From positions 6,282-70,281 of the forward strand of contig JBGAGQ010000028.1 of assembly GCA_044226625.1 (NCBI GenBank): a DNA stretch of 64,000 bases. Reading direction: 5' to 3'. Positions 55,443 through 64,000 of this stretch are shown here, piece by piece; positions within the stretch are counted from its first letter, which is position 1; the number at the start of each line of letters is the position of its first letter. This DNA comes from Thermoanaerobaculia bacterium (GTDB lineage Bacteria; Acidobacteriota; Thermoanaerobaculia; Multivoradales; UBA5704). The notes below the pieces were generated by a model. That model worked only from the letters and a program-made list of their open reading frames with translations. It was not told the DNA's origin and did not search any database. The translations under genes and the position numbers were made by a program.

Positions 55443-57623
55443 CTAGCGGACGACGAACGGCAGGGAGTTCACCTCGCGGATGCCGGTCGCCGGGTCCGTC
55501 ACCTGGATCTTCAAGGTGTAGCCGCCGGCGGCGAGACCGCTGGGCGAAAAGCTCGCCACCAGCTTGTCGAGACCCGCGATCCCGGTGTCCGTTCGTTCGA
55601 CCAGCTTCAATTGGGCGCCGGGCATCGTCTTTCCCGCTTCGTCGACCACTTCTCCCAACACCGAGAGATCGCCCGGTCCGAAGTTGTATCCCACCAGGTA
55701 GACGTCGGTCGGTTTGTCGGGGGAGAGCGTCGGTCGGGCGGAGGGGATGTAGGGTTCGCCCTTGAGCGTGAAGGGGTAGACGACGGAGCCTGCCCCTTCG
55801 GCTTCCTTTTGCCGCACGAGCACCCAGCTGCCCGGCGCCTCGGCGAAGAGCGGGGGGAGCAGCTCGGGCGCGTTGCTGCCGTAGGTAGGAACGTCCAGAG
55901 CCACCGATTCGACTCCCGTACGCCCCGTGTCGGCGTTCCGCACCAGCACCCGGACGCGATACTTGCCCGGGGGCAGCGACAGGTGACCGTAATATTTGAC
56001 TCCGGTCTTCTTGATCGCTTCCCGGCCGGCGCCGAGCGCGAGGCCCACCTGTTGGGTGAAGAAGTCGCGCATCTGCCCTTCGGCGTCGCTCACGTAAGCG
56101 TAGATCTCCACACCCAACCGATCGGAGGTCTGGCCCTCCAGCAGGTCCGCGCCGCCGATCTCGATGATCACCGGCACGTAGGCGAGGTTCGAGGCGGCGC
56201 GGAACGGCGCGGCGAGCAGATGGACGTCGAGATCGCGCCGCGGCGTCGCGCTCGCGATCCCTTCCGCCGCGAGGAGATTCTTTTCGAGGGGATCGAGCTC
56301 TCCGAACGGACGAGGGGCGTAATACCCGGCCCGATGCGACAGGCGAGCGCCGGTGGGCAAGTTCGCCTTCACCCGCAGGCGATGGTAGGCGCCGTTCTCG
56401 GGCAGGTCCGAGCGCTCGAACGTCAGGAGATAGGTCACGCTGGTGCGCTGGAGCACCTTGTTGAGCTGCTGCGAGAGGTTGTTGCCGTCTTCGAACAGCT
56501 CGCCGCCGGTTTCGTTGGCGATGTAGAACAGACCCTCCTTGCCCGCCGCCGTGCCGCTCTGGCCGATGCCGGAGCCCGTACTTCCCGCCACTCGAAGCCC
56601 GCCGATGTCGACCGCCTGGATCACGCAGTCCGACTTGCGGAACAGCTCGAGCATCCGGTTGACGTCGTTCTGCAGCTCGGTGTTGCCGTAGCGGTTGTCG
56701 AGATCCGTCATCCAGGTCTGGCCGGTCGCGATCTCCTGCGCCTCCTGGATCGCATCCTCGGTCTGGCCCACCCCCCGCCCGAGCATCAGACGGCTGTCGA
56801 ACCCTTCGGAGAAGAAGATCACCTGCTTGCGCCCTTTGAGGCTGGAGAGGCTCTTGGCCACCGCGCCGAGGGTCCGGCTGAGCGCGGAGACGCGGCTCTG
56901 GTCGAACATGCGCTGGTCTTTTTGGCCCATCGCGCTCAGCGAGGCGAGGTAGTCGCCGAGTGCGCCGCCGGTGCGGTCGTCGCGGAGGTTCGGAATCTGC
57001 CCCTGGCCGGAGCCCGTCGCCTCGGAAGCGGAAACCTGTGCCTGGTCGACCACGAAGCGGAGGGGGTCGTAGCGCTCGCCGGACAGATCGCTCTTCGAGC
57101 CGAGCGTGTCGATGCCGCGCGCGAGCTGCGCGCGATCGGGCGTGAAGGTCACGACCAGGCGGGGACCCCGTTCGAGCGAGATCGTCGCGACCGCGGCGAG
57201 GTCGGTCGGAGCGAGCGAATGGAGCACGAAGTCGCGCGCCGCGAGGCGCGCTTTGAGGATCGACGGAACCGAGGAGAACGAGAGGTCGAACAGGAGAAGG
57301 AAGTGACGCCGCGACGGCGCGTCCAGCAAGTCGACGCGCGCCCGGTTCGGTTCGGCCGAAATGACGTTGAGGTCGACCACCTCGAAGCTCTCGATCGATT
57401 GCTTCTTGCCGTCGTCGAAGATCTCGAAGTCCTTCGCGGTGAGGCCGCGGATCGCCTGGCCGTCGCGTCCGACGACGTTGACCGGCACCTCGACGGCGAC
57501 CACGCGCGAGGCGTCTTCGAACCGCTCTTTGGCCGGAGCCTGGGCGACCGACCCTCGGGGCGCCCCCGCGAAGAGCAGGGCGACGGGAAGGGCTGCCGAA
57601 AGAAGATGGCGGGACGGGCGCAT
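55443..57623 (-). CDS. secreted VWA-domain protein, acidobacterial VWFA-related family (tandem copy 4, most divergent)
   Basis: GAGGAG RBS. Signal peptide MRPSRHLLSAALPVALLFAGA. RRHFLLLFDLSFSS (DxSxS), CVIQAVDIGGLR. 726 aa. Confidence 0.8.
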   Translation of the reverse strand: MRPSRHLLSAALPVALLFAGAPRGSVAQAPAKERFEDASRVVAVEVPVNVVGRDGQAIRGLTAKDFEIFDDGKKQSIESFEVVDLNVISAEPNRARVDLLDAPSRRHFLLLFDLSFSSVPSILKARLAARDFVLHSLAPTDLAAVATISLERGPRLVVTFTPDRAQLARGIDTLGSKSDLSGERYDPLRFVVDQAQVSASEATGSGQGQIPNLRDDRTGGALGDYLASLSAMGQKDQRMFDQSRVSALSRTLGAVAKSLSSLKGRKQVIFFSEGFDSRLMLGRGVGQTEDAIQEAQEIATGQTWMTDLDNRYGNTELQNDVNRMLELFRKSDCVIQAVDIGGLRVAGSTGSGIGQSGTAAGKEGLFYIANETGGELFEDGNNLSQQLNKVLQRTSVTYLLTFERSDLPENGAYHRLRVKANLPTGARLSHRAGYYAPRPFGELDPLEKNLLAAEGIASATPRRDLDVHLLAAPFRAASNLAYVPVIIEIGGADLLEGQTSDRLGVEIYAYVSDAEGQMRDFFTQQVGLALGAGREAIKKTGVKYYGHLSLPPGKYRVRVLVRNADTGRTGVESVALDVPTYGSNAPELLPPLFAEAPGSWVLVRQKEAEGAGSVVYPFTLKGEPYIPSARPTLSPDKPTDVYLVGYNFGPGDLSVLGEVVDEAGKTMPGAQLKLVERTDTGIAGLDKLVASFSPSGLAAGGYTLKIQVTDPATGIREVNSLPFVVR

Positions 57624-57682
57624 GGTGCTCTCCTCTGGGCCACGAAACCTCGGGGTTTCCCTCTGGCCGTACGAACGCCGTG

Positions 57683-59101
57683 CTAGGAACCACCTCCGGC
57701 CTCACGGCCGTGGTAGACCTCGGATCCAGGATAAAAGCCATACCACCCGAACCAGAACGCCTGGTGTCCGGGCAGGCGGGCGAGCGGCTCGCGCCCGTCG
57801 GCCGTCAGGCCCTCTTCAGAGACTTTCCAGGTCTGGCCGTCCTGGTCGATCAACGCGCCCTCCGGGCCGTTCCGGAAGGTCCGGTCGCCGCGGGAGAACG
57901 CCCGTACCGCGCCGCTCTTCTCGTCCGCGAGCAGGACGACCGGCGTACCGCCCGCGGTGTCGTTGACGATGCGCTCCGCGAGCAGCGTCTCGATCGGGTA
58001 GACCTTCGGGGGGTCGCCGATCCGCAGCGCGAAGACCTCGGCCTTGGGATCGAGCGTGGCGCTCTTCTTCCAGACCGGGAACGAGACGCCGCGCCGCTGG
58101 CGGTCGGCCGCCCCCGGCTGGTAGTTGAAGCCGAACCTTCCGACCAGCGCGGCGTCGAGCGCGAGCGTCGTGGTGTCCGGATGACGGGTTCGCCATTCCT
58201 TCCAGGTGGTGAGAGTAAGCGGCAGCACCGGAAGGCGGATCGGGCTGTTGGCGAGTCGGCCGACGACCGGTTCGCCCGTGAGGTTGTTCCACAACGAGAG
58301 GGTCTGGCGGTCGACCATCAGCTTGTTGCTCCGGTAAAGCAGACCGGAGGTGCCGAAGGTATAGGATTTGCCGCTCGGAGTGCGGGTGTCGTAGAGGATG
58401 CCCGCGCCGCAGAGCGTGCAATAGGAGAGGGTCACGGGGCGGCCGCCCAGCTGGTCGTTCAGCATCTCGTGCCAATCGAGCATGCGCAACGGGTAGGCGC
58501 GCGCCTCGCCTCCGACCAGGGCGCCGAAGACCTTCTCGCCGTCGTTCAGATAACCGGCCTTGGCGGCAGGGATCGTCGTCGGATTGTCGAGCGCCGGAAT
58601 CCCTTCAAACCCGACGCCGCCCGAGACGATCTCCTCCAGGCGGATCCGCGCGGGAGCTCCCGGATAGAAGACCTTCTTGTACGTCGGATGGATACGCGCC
58701 AGCAAGGCCGCCTTCCACTCGGCGTAGCCGGCCTTGGGCTGCCAATCGGCATGGGCTCCTACCTTCTCCACCCAATCGAGGTAGAGCCGCGGGGCCTTCT
58801 CTCCCGAAAGCGCTTCGAGCGCATCGAAGGCCTCCTCGCGCCGGGTCTTCGAAATGAAGAACAGGGCGTCGACGAGGCCGGGGATGAGCGAGCGGTCGCC
58901 CGTTTGGATCAGGGCTTCGGCCGCGGCCTTACGCTCCCGCGTCTGCTCGGACATGAGACCCAGAATCAGCCCGTAGCCTTGATCGGCGGCGATCTCCTGC
59001 GCGCCCGCCGGAGTGGAAGCCCCGGACAACGTGGCGAGCCCGCCGAAGCCCGCCGCGAGGGAAGCCAGGGCCAGAAGGCCGGCGGTCCGGGGGCGCCTCA
59101 C
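57683..59101 (-). CDS. DUF3179 domain protein with an N-terminal helical-repeat region
   Basis: IPALDNPT, GEARAYPLRMLDWHEMLND, VTLSYCTLCGAGILYD are DUF3179 blocks. GTG start in a GTGA overlap with the upstream gene. Confidence 0.75.
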   Translation of the reverse strand: MRRPRTAGLLALASLAAGFGGLATLSGASTPAGAQEIAADQGYGLILGLMSEQTRERKAAAEALIQTGDRSLIPGLVDALFFISKTRREEAFDALEALSGEKAPRLYLDWVEKVGAHADWQPKAGYAEWKAALLARIHPTYKKVFYPGAPARIRLEEIVSGGVGFEGIPALDNPTTIPAAKAGYLNDGEKVFGALVGGEARAYPLRMLDWHEMLNDQLGGRPVTLSYCTLCGAGILYDTRTPSGKSYTFGTSGLLYRSNKLMVDRQTLSLWNNLTGEPVVGRLANSPIRLPVLPLTLTTWKEWRTRHPDTTTLALDAALVGRFGFNYQPGAADRQRRGVSFPVWKKSATLDPKAEVFALRIGDPPKVYPIETLLAERIVNDTAGGTPVVLLADEKSGAVRAFSRGDRTFRNGPEGALIDQDGQTWKVSEEGLTADGREPLARLPGHQAFWFGWYGFYPGSEVYHGREAGGGS

Positions 59102-60213
59102 GACGCGGCCTTCGTCACGCCCAACATGCGGCCAAGCTCCTGCGTCTCGGGGTTCGAGGGGTCCAGCTTCATCGCTCGCTCCAGATGGTGGCGTGCCTTG
59201 TCCAGCTCGCCGAGCGCGACATAGGCCTTGACGAAGCCCACGTGGACCTCCGGCACCTCGCTGTCCTGGCGCAACGCCCGGGTTAGATAGTCGAGCGCCT
59301 TCTGCTCGTCACCCTTGGCGAGCGAGACCTCGGCCTCGTAGACGAAGAAGAAAGGGTTCGAGGTGTTCGCCGCCTCGACCCGGGCGAGGATCTCCTCGGC
59401 TTCCCGCGGACGACCGGTGACCTGATAGAGCCGAGCGAGGTTGGTCAAGATCAAGGCGTTCTCCGGCGAAGTGGCCAACGCCTGATCGTAGAGCTGCCGG
59501 GCGCGCTCGTAATGTCCCTGCCGTGATTCGAGAACGCCGAGGTTGTTCAACGCCTTCTCGAACGTCGGCGCGATCCCGGTCGCGATCGCGAGCATCCGCT
59601 CGGCCTCTTGCGAGTTGCCCGCGAGCAGGGCCTCCGCGCCCAGGTTGTTGAAATAGTGGGCGGCGGCGGTGCGGTCGTCGATCGGCTTGAAATTGCGATA
59701 CGCCTTCGGCCGGTAGGGGAGGAAGTCGTAGGTCGCGAGCTCGCCGTCGAGATACATGCCCGCGACGATGTGCCCTTGCGAGACGACCATCCCCTCGCGC
59801 CGGTTCCACCTCTGGTAGTCGACCACCTCGACATAGAAGGGCGCGAGCCCCTGCTGGCGCGCGACCCCGACGAACAGGTTCACGAACGACAGGCAGTTGC
59901 CTTTCCGGTCGCGAAAGACCTCATGGGCGTCGCGAGTCGGCTGCAGCTCGTAGTGAAGGTCGAGGCGGGAAAAGATGTAATCGAGGATCTGGTTGATCTT
60001 GCGGCGATCGCTCGGCACCGGTGGGAGCTTCGCCGAGACGTCCGCAACGATGTCCGGCGTGAGTTCGAACGGCACCCGGACGCCTGCCGCGGCCGTCGCC
60101 CCTAGATGGTTCCGGTACTCCTCGCGGAGCGCGGCGGCCGAGTCGAACGGTCGATAGGGAGTGCAGGCTGTGAAGGCGCCGAGAAGGGCGACGAGGGCGA
60201 AGGCGCCGCGCAT
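59098..60213 (-). CDS. transglutaminase-like cysteine peptidase domain + TPR repeat lipoprotein
   Basis: Lipobox LGAFTAC. KGNCLSFVNLF (Cys) and SQGHIVAG (His) of the transglutaminase core. Four or more TPR-like repeats at the C-terminus. Confidence 0.75.
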   Translation of the reverse strand: MRGAFALVALLGAFTACTPYRPFDSAAALREEYRNHLGATAAAGVRVPFELTPDIVADVSAKLPPVPSDRRKINQILDYIFSRLDLHYELQPTRDAHEVFRDRKGNCLSFVNLFVGVARQQGLAPFYVEVVDYQRWNRREGMVVSQGHIVAGMYLDGELATYDFLPYRPKAYRNFKPIDDRTAAAHYFNNLGAEALLAGNSQEAERMLAIATGIAPTFEKALNNLGVLESRQGHYERARQLYDQALATSPENALILTNLARLYQVTGRPREAEEILARVEAANTSNPFFFVYEAEVSLAKGDEQKALDYLTRALRQDSEVPEVHVGFVKAYVALGELDKARHHLERAMKLDPSNPETQELGRMLGVTKAAS

Positions 60214-60687
60214 GGTCCCGGTACAATAGCAAGGTCCGCGCCCGCAGGTCGCCTCCCGCGCGCCGCGGGGAGAACGGATCCCTCCTGATGCCGCGGAAGT
60301 TCAAAAGACCGGATCGTCCGAGTCGGGCGGTTTGAATCGAGCGGCCGCGTAGGCCCGCCGTTCGGCTCGTCGGAGGCTGCGTCGAGCGAAGCGGGTTCCT
60401 CGCCGGGTCGCCTCGATCGAGCATTCGACCCGCCTCGGCGGCTTCTCGTCCCGCCACCGCGTCTCGCCCCCCGATTCCCGTTCGCCGCGGCACCGCGCTT
60501 GCTCTCGGGGCCGGTCGTCATGAGCTTCGTCTCCAGTTTCTCGACGCCGCGATCGGACGATTCAAATTTTCACTCCGTCGCGATGCGTCTTTCCTTTTCG
60601 TTTCCATCTCTACCACTTCAAATGGGCAGGAAAGGAGGCTCGGCAACCGGAGCATGGTGTCCTCTACCTTTGAGTCTGTTCCATTCG

Positions 60688-60708
60688 ACCTTCCGGTGGG
60701 AAGGTTTT
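60688..60708 (+). promoter_or_regulatory. short hairpin plus T-run in the leader of the TonB-dependent receptor gene
   Basis: ACCTTCC-GGTG-GGAAGGT followed by TTTCA, 30 nt upstream of ATG 60738. Pattern only. Confidence 0.25.
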
Positions 60709-60737
60709 CAATCATCACCTATTCGGAGAACCGAGCC

Positions 60738-63700
60738 ATGAAACAACCGATCGCACGATCGATCGAAATGCCAGTCTGGAGGCGGTTTTTCTCCACCGTT
60801 CTCCTCTTTTTGGTCGCCTCGTCCGGCGCGTTCGCTCAATTGCAGAGCGGCAACCTCTTTACCAAAGTGACGGACGAACAGGGCACGCTGCTGCCGGGCG
60901 TCACCGTGACCGTTTCGGGGAACGGCGCGCCGCAGGTGCAGGTGACCAACGCGCAGGGTGAAGCCCGTTTCCTCGGACTCGCGCCGGGGACGTACGCGCT
61001 GGAGACGCAGCTCGAGGGCTTCTCGACGCTGAACTACCCGAACGTGGTGATCAACGTCGGCCGCAACACCTCGCTCGAGCTGACGCTGTCGGCCGCAGTC
61101 GAATACCAGATCACCGTGACGACCGAGACGCCGATCCTCGACTCGAAGCGGATTTCGACCGGCAGCACCGTCTCCTCGACCGAGCTCGAGAAGATTCCGA
61201 CGGCGCGCGACCCGTGGGCCGTGCTGCAGTCGACCCCGGGCGTCCTGACCGACCGGATCAACGTCGGCGGTACGGAATCGGGTCAGCAGTCTCAGTACAT
61301 CGGCCCGGGATCGGGCGGCGACCAGGCGCAGTGGTCGCTGGACGGCGTGGTGGTGACGGACATGTCGGCGACGGGTTCTTCGCCGGGCTACTACGACTTC
61401 GACGCGTTCGAAGAGATGCAGGTCACGACCGGCGGCAGCGATGCGTCGATCTCGACCGGCGGCGTGGTGCTGAACATGGTGACGAAGCGCGGTACCAACG
61501 AGTGGCGCGGCTCGGGCCGCTACTTCCAGGCCGACAAGGGCAACCAGGCGGATCTTTCGTTCGACAAGGGCGACCTCGGCAAGGCCGGTCCGTGGAACGG
61601 CGGTCGAGCGCAGGCGGCGTTCAAGCAGGGCAACCGGATCAACAAGGTCGAGGACTACGGCGCCGAGCTCGGTGGTCCGATCGTCAAGGACCGCCTGTGG
61701 ATCTGGGGTTCGTATGCCAAGCCGAAGATCGACCTCCGCACGATCGACAACTTCAAGGACTTCTCGACCCTCGAGGACTGGAACGCCAAGCTGAACGCGC
61801 AGATTTCGGCGAGCAACTCGGCGACGGCCTTCGCGTGGAACAGCGACAAGGTCAAGCTCGGCCGTAACGCCGGTCCGCTCCGTCCGCAGGAGACCAGCTG
61901 GGATCAGGGGAAGTTCGGGGCCTCTCCGACGGCCTGGAAGGTCGAAGACACCCACATCTTCAGCTCGAACTTCTACCTGACCGGTCTGTACTCGAAGGTC
62001 AACGGCGGTTTCCAGCTGGTTCCCGAGGGCGGCAACGTGCCGCCGTTCAACGACGCATCCGGTGTCTGGCACAACAGCTTCTTCCTCGCTCAGATCGAGC
62101 GACCGCAGGAGAACCTGAAGCTCGACGCTTCCTCGTTCTTCAACTCGGGCAACCTCTCCCACGAGCTCAAGTACGGCGTGGGCTACCGCACCGCGGACCA
62201 GACGACCCTTTCCCGCACCCAGGGCGACGGCTACGAAGCCGAGCTGGGCGGTGGCTCGTCGCTGTGGGCGTTGTCGCGCGACTCGATCATCGGCGTGGAA
62301 GCCGAGTACACGAGCGCCTACATCCAGGACACGATCTCGGTGGGCAACCTCACCGCGAACGTCGGTCTCCGCTACGACAAGCAGGGCGGCAAGAACACGG
62401 GCAAGAGCGTCAACGCGAACCCGCTGTTTCCCGAGCTGCTGCCGGCGATCAACTACGCCGGTCAGGATTCCGGTTTCGAGTGGGAGACGATCGTCCCCCG
62501 TCTCGGGCTCACCTACGCCTTGGGCGCGGAGCACAAGACGCTGCTCCGTGCAAGCTACTCCCGTTACGCCGACCAGCTGGGCACCGGCTTCCTCGCCTGG
62601 CTGAACCCGCTGGCGCTCCAGAGCTACGCGTACTTCTACGGCCCGACGTTCGGCACCGGCAACACCCGTCTACCGAACCGCTCGGACCTGTCGCTCGGAT
62701 ACTTCAGCCCGAACGTCAACCCGAACAACGGCCAGCTGCTGCAGTCCAACGCCGTCGATTCGGACCTCAACGCCCCGATCAACGACGAGCTTCTGTTCAG
62801 CGTCGAGCACGCGCTGCTGCCGGAGTTCGTGGTCGGTTTGAACCTCACCTTCCGTAAATATACCGACCTGCTCGAGCAGGAGCGTCTGGTGTTCGATTGC
62901 GCCGGCGGCAGCACCTCCTGCGCCACCGACACGGCGAACCTGAACTCCGTGGGTCGCAAGCACGTCCGTAGCGATTACGTTCCGGTCACCCCGAACCCGC
63001 GTACGGGCGCGAACGGCCGCATCCTTCCGAACGGCCAGCCGTACAACCTCCAGATCTGGGAGCTCCGTCCGGGCGTTTCGACCCGCAACGGCTTCCTGCT
63101 CGAGAACGGCGACCGGGAGCAGGACTACAAGGGCGTTTCGCTGACGTTCAACAAGCGTCTGTCGAACCGCTGGATGTTCCGCGGCAACTTCACCTACTCC
63201 GACTGGAAGTGGAATTCGCCGGAGAGCGAGAACGAGGATCCGACCCCCGGCATCAACGGCCTCGGCGGCCAGGCTCTTCGCGATGGCGACCAGGTCGTTC
63301 AGGGTTCGGGCACGGGCTCGGGCTCGAAGGGCGCGGTCTACATCAACAGCAAGTGGTCGTACAGCATCAACGGTCTCTACCAGATCGCCCCGGATCGTCC
63401 GTGGGGCTTCAACGTGGCGGCCAACCTGACCGGACATCAGGGCTATCCGGTCATCTACTTCGAGCGCGTCGGCGGCTCGGGCCCGCAGCCGGCCCGTAAC
63501 ATTCCCGATGGTTCGCTCGGCGTCAACGTTCCCGTGACGTCGCGTCCGGACTCGTTCCGTTACGACGACACGCGGATCCTCGACCTGCGCGTGGAGAAGG
63601 AGTTCAACATTCGGGACTTCGGCTTCACGGTGGGTGCTGACGTGTTCAACGCGACCAACGAGGCGACCGTGCTTCAGCGCAACGGCCGTCTGCAGCGGAC

Positions 63701-63773
63701 CAACGGCGACCACGTTCTGGAGATCGTGAGCCCGCGGATCATCCGTCTCGGCGTGAAGTTCAACTTCCGCTAA
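60738..63773 (+). CDS. TonB-dependent receptor with an N-terminal CarboxypepD_reg-like domain
   Basis: Signal peptide ..LFLVASSGAFAQ. GTLLPGVTVTVSG..TNAQGEARFLGLAPGTYALE (carboxypeptidase-regulatory fold). Plug-like DPWAVLQSTPGV. About 800-aa beta-barrel region ending RLGVKFNFR. Confidence 0.85.
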   Translation: MKQPIARSIEMPVWRRFFSTVLLFLVASSGAFAQLQSGNLFTKVTDEQGTLLPGVTVTVSGNGAPQVQVTNAQGEARFLGLAPGTYALETQLEGFSTLNYPNVVINVGRNTSLELTLSAAVEYQITVTTETPILDSKRISTGSTVSSTELEKIPTARDPWAVLQSTPGVLTDRINVGGTESGQQSQYIGPGSGGDQAQWSLDGVVVTDMSATGSSPGYYDFDAFEEMQVTTGGSDASISTGGVVLNMVTKRGTNEWRGSGRYFQADKGNQADLSFDKGDLGKAGPWNGGRAQAAFKQGNRINKVEDYGAELGGPIVKDRLWIWGSYAKPKIDLRTIDNFKDFSTLEDWNAKLNAQISASNSATAFAWNSDKVKLGRNAGPLRPQETSWDQGKFGASPTAWKVEDTHIFSSNFYLTGLYSKVNGGFQLVPEGGNVPPFNDASGVWHNSFFLAQIERPQENLKLDASSFFNSGNLSHELKYGVGYRTADQTTLSRTQGDGYEAELGGGSSLWALSRDSIIGVEAEYTSAYIQDTISVGNLTANVGLRYDKQGGKNTGKSVNANPLFPELLPAINYAGQDSGFEWETIVPRLGLTYALGAEHKTLLRASYSRYADQLGTGFLAWLNPLALQSYAYFYGPTFGTGNTRLPNRSDLSLGYFSPNVNPNNGQLLQSNAVDSDLNAPINDELLFSVEHALLPEFVVGLNLTFRKYTDLLEQERLVFDCAGGSTSCATDTANLNSVGRKHVRSDYVPVTPNPRTGANGRILPNGQPYNLQIWELRPGVSTRNGFLLENGDREQDYKGVSLTFNKRLSNRWMFRGNFTYSDWKWNSPESENEDPTPGINGLGGQALRDGDQVVQGSGTGSGSKGAVYINSKWSYSINGLYQIAPDRPWGFNVAANLTGHQGYPVIYFERVGGSGPQPARNIPDGSLGVNVPVTSRPDSFRYDDTRILDLRVEKEFNIRDFGFTVGADVFNATNEATVLQRNGRLQRTNGDHVLEIVSPRIIRLGVKFNFR

Positions 63774-63799
63774 ACCGGTAACGCTGTTCATAGTCCGTC

Positions 63800-63835
63800 G
63801 AGCCGCCGGGGGCAACCCCGGCGGCTCGTCTTCGA
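63800..63835 (+). terminator. probable rho-independent terminator of the receptor gene
   Basis: GAGCCGCCGGGG-GCAA-CCCCGGCGGCTC (12-bp stem, GNRA-type loop) followed by a weak GTCTTCG tail. Confidence 0.55.
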
Positions 63836-64000
63836 AAAGAGGCCGACACGAAGCGGTTCCTCAAAAAACGTCGGAAGGGTCCGTCGTTATTGAATCAAAC
63901 CGCACCGTGCCGTTCGGCTTCTTGGATCGAGCCGCCGGCCGTCTTCCGTCCAACCCAAGGTGCTCGAGTGGCGTAAGCAACTCATCCCTGCGCGCCCCGC

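Noticed and set aside
48662-57623. 9-kb repeated region as a mobile element or IS array
   Set aside because: The repeats are whole collinear protein-coding paralogues with signal peptides and VWA motifs. No transposase or terminal inverted repeats are present.
55126-57741. Very long alternative-frame ORFs in the track, such as 55126-57741(-), 55011-57686(+), 60708-62534(-), 2176-3966(-), 2598-4127(+), 36316-38151(+), 57680-59224(+), 42912-44378(-) and 44674-46044(-)
   Set aside because: All have extreme Arg/Pro/Gly/Ala composition and no family motifs. Each overlaps an ORF with clear domain signatures and GC3-rich codon usage. They are artefacts of stop-codon scarcity in ~68% GC DNA.
60214-60737. 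Cobalamin, TPP or another known riboswitch ahead of the TonB receptor
   Set aside because: None of the conserved cores I know is visible by eye (the B12 box, or the TPP CUGAGA / ACCUGAUCUGGAUAAUGCCAGC elements). Only a generic hairpin is reported.

Overview
High-GC bacterial chromosome segment (about 68% GC in hand-counted 60-nt lines). It is probably Acidobacteriota, inferred from four tandem 'VWFA-related acidobacterial' type paralogues and a CarboxypepD_reg-type TonB receptor. I can support about 50 protein genes and saw no rRNA, tRNA or CRISPR array. Core content: YibQ-like deacetylase; tesA/ybbA/ybbP-like cluster; mazG; DUF1844, TPR and DUF4388 genes; dnaK-hsp20-hspR; TlpA-like redoxin; DnaC/DnaI-like AAA+ protein; SpoIID+SPOR; a carbamoyltransferase-SGNH-GGDEF operon; DedA; an RCK K+ channel; a gldA/F/G-like ABC system with DUF4340; two APC permeases; FIST plus PAS-GGDEF-EAL; two lipoprotein alpha/beta hydrolases; rlmI; DUF3179; a transglutaminase-TPR lipoprotein; a TonB-dependent receptor. 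Accessory content: RES-Xre and VapBC toxin-antitoxin pairs, and a decayed locus where an Mrr-type nuclease-domain gene fragment is fused to a 5'-truncated IS66 transposase and followed by seven 21-bp periodic repeats. The top candidate for something new is a ~2-kb low-GC island (14312-16344) wedged between hspR and the redoxin gene. It carries a 325-aa multi-TM protein and a 242-aa stand-alone CHAT/caspase-fold protease. The two share an 18-residue G/N/S/V/Q-rich motif, at the C-terminus of the first and the N-terminus of the second. This resembles protease-activated membrane effectors or amyloid-motif signalling pairs, but no STAND/NLR sensor is present. Many long ORFs in the supplied track are Arg/Pro/Gly-rich shadow frames of real genes and were discarded.
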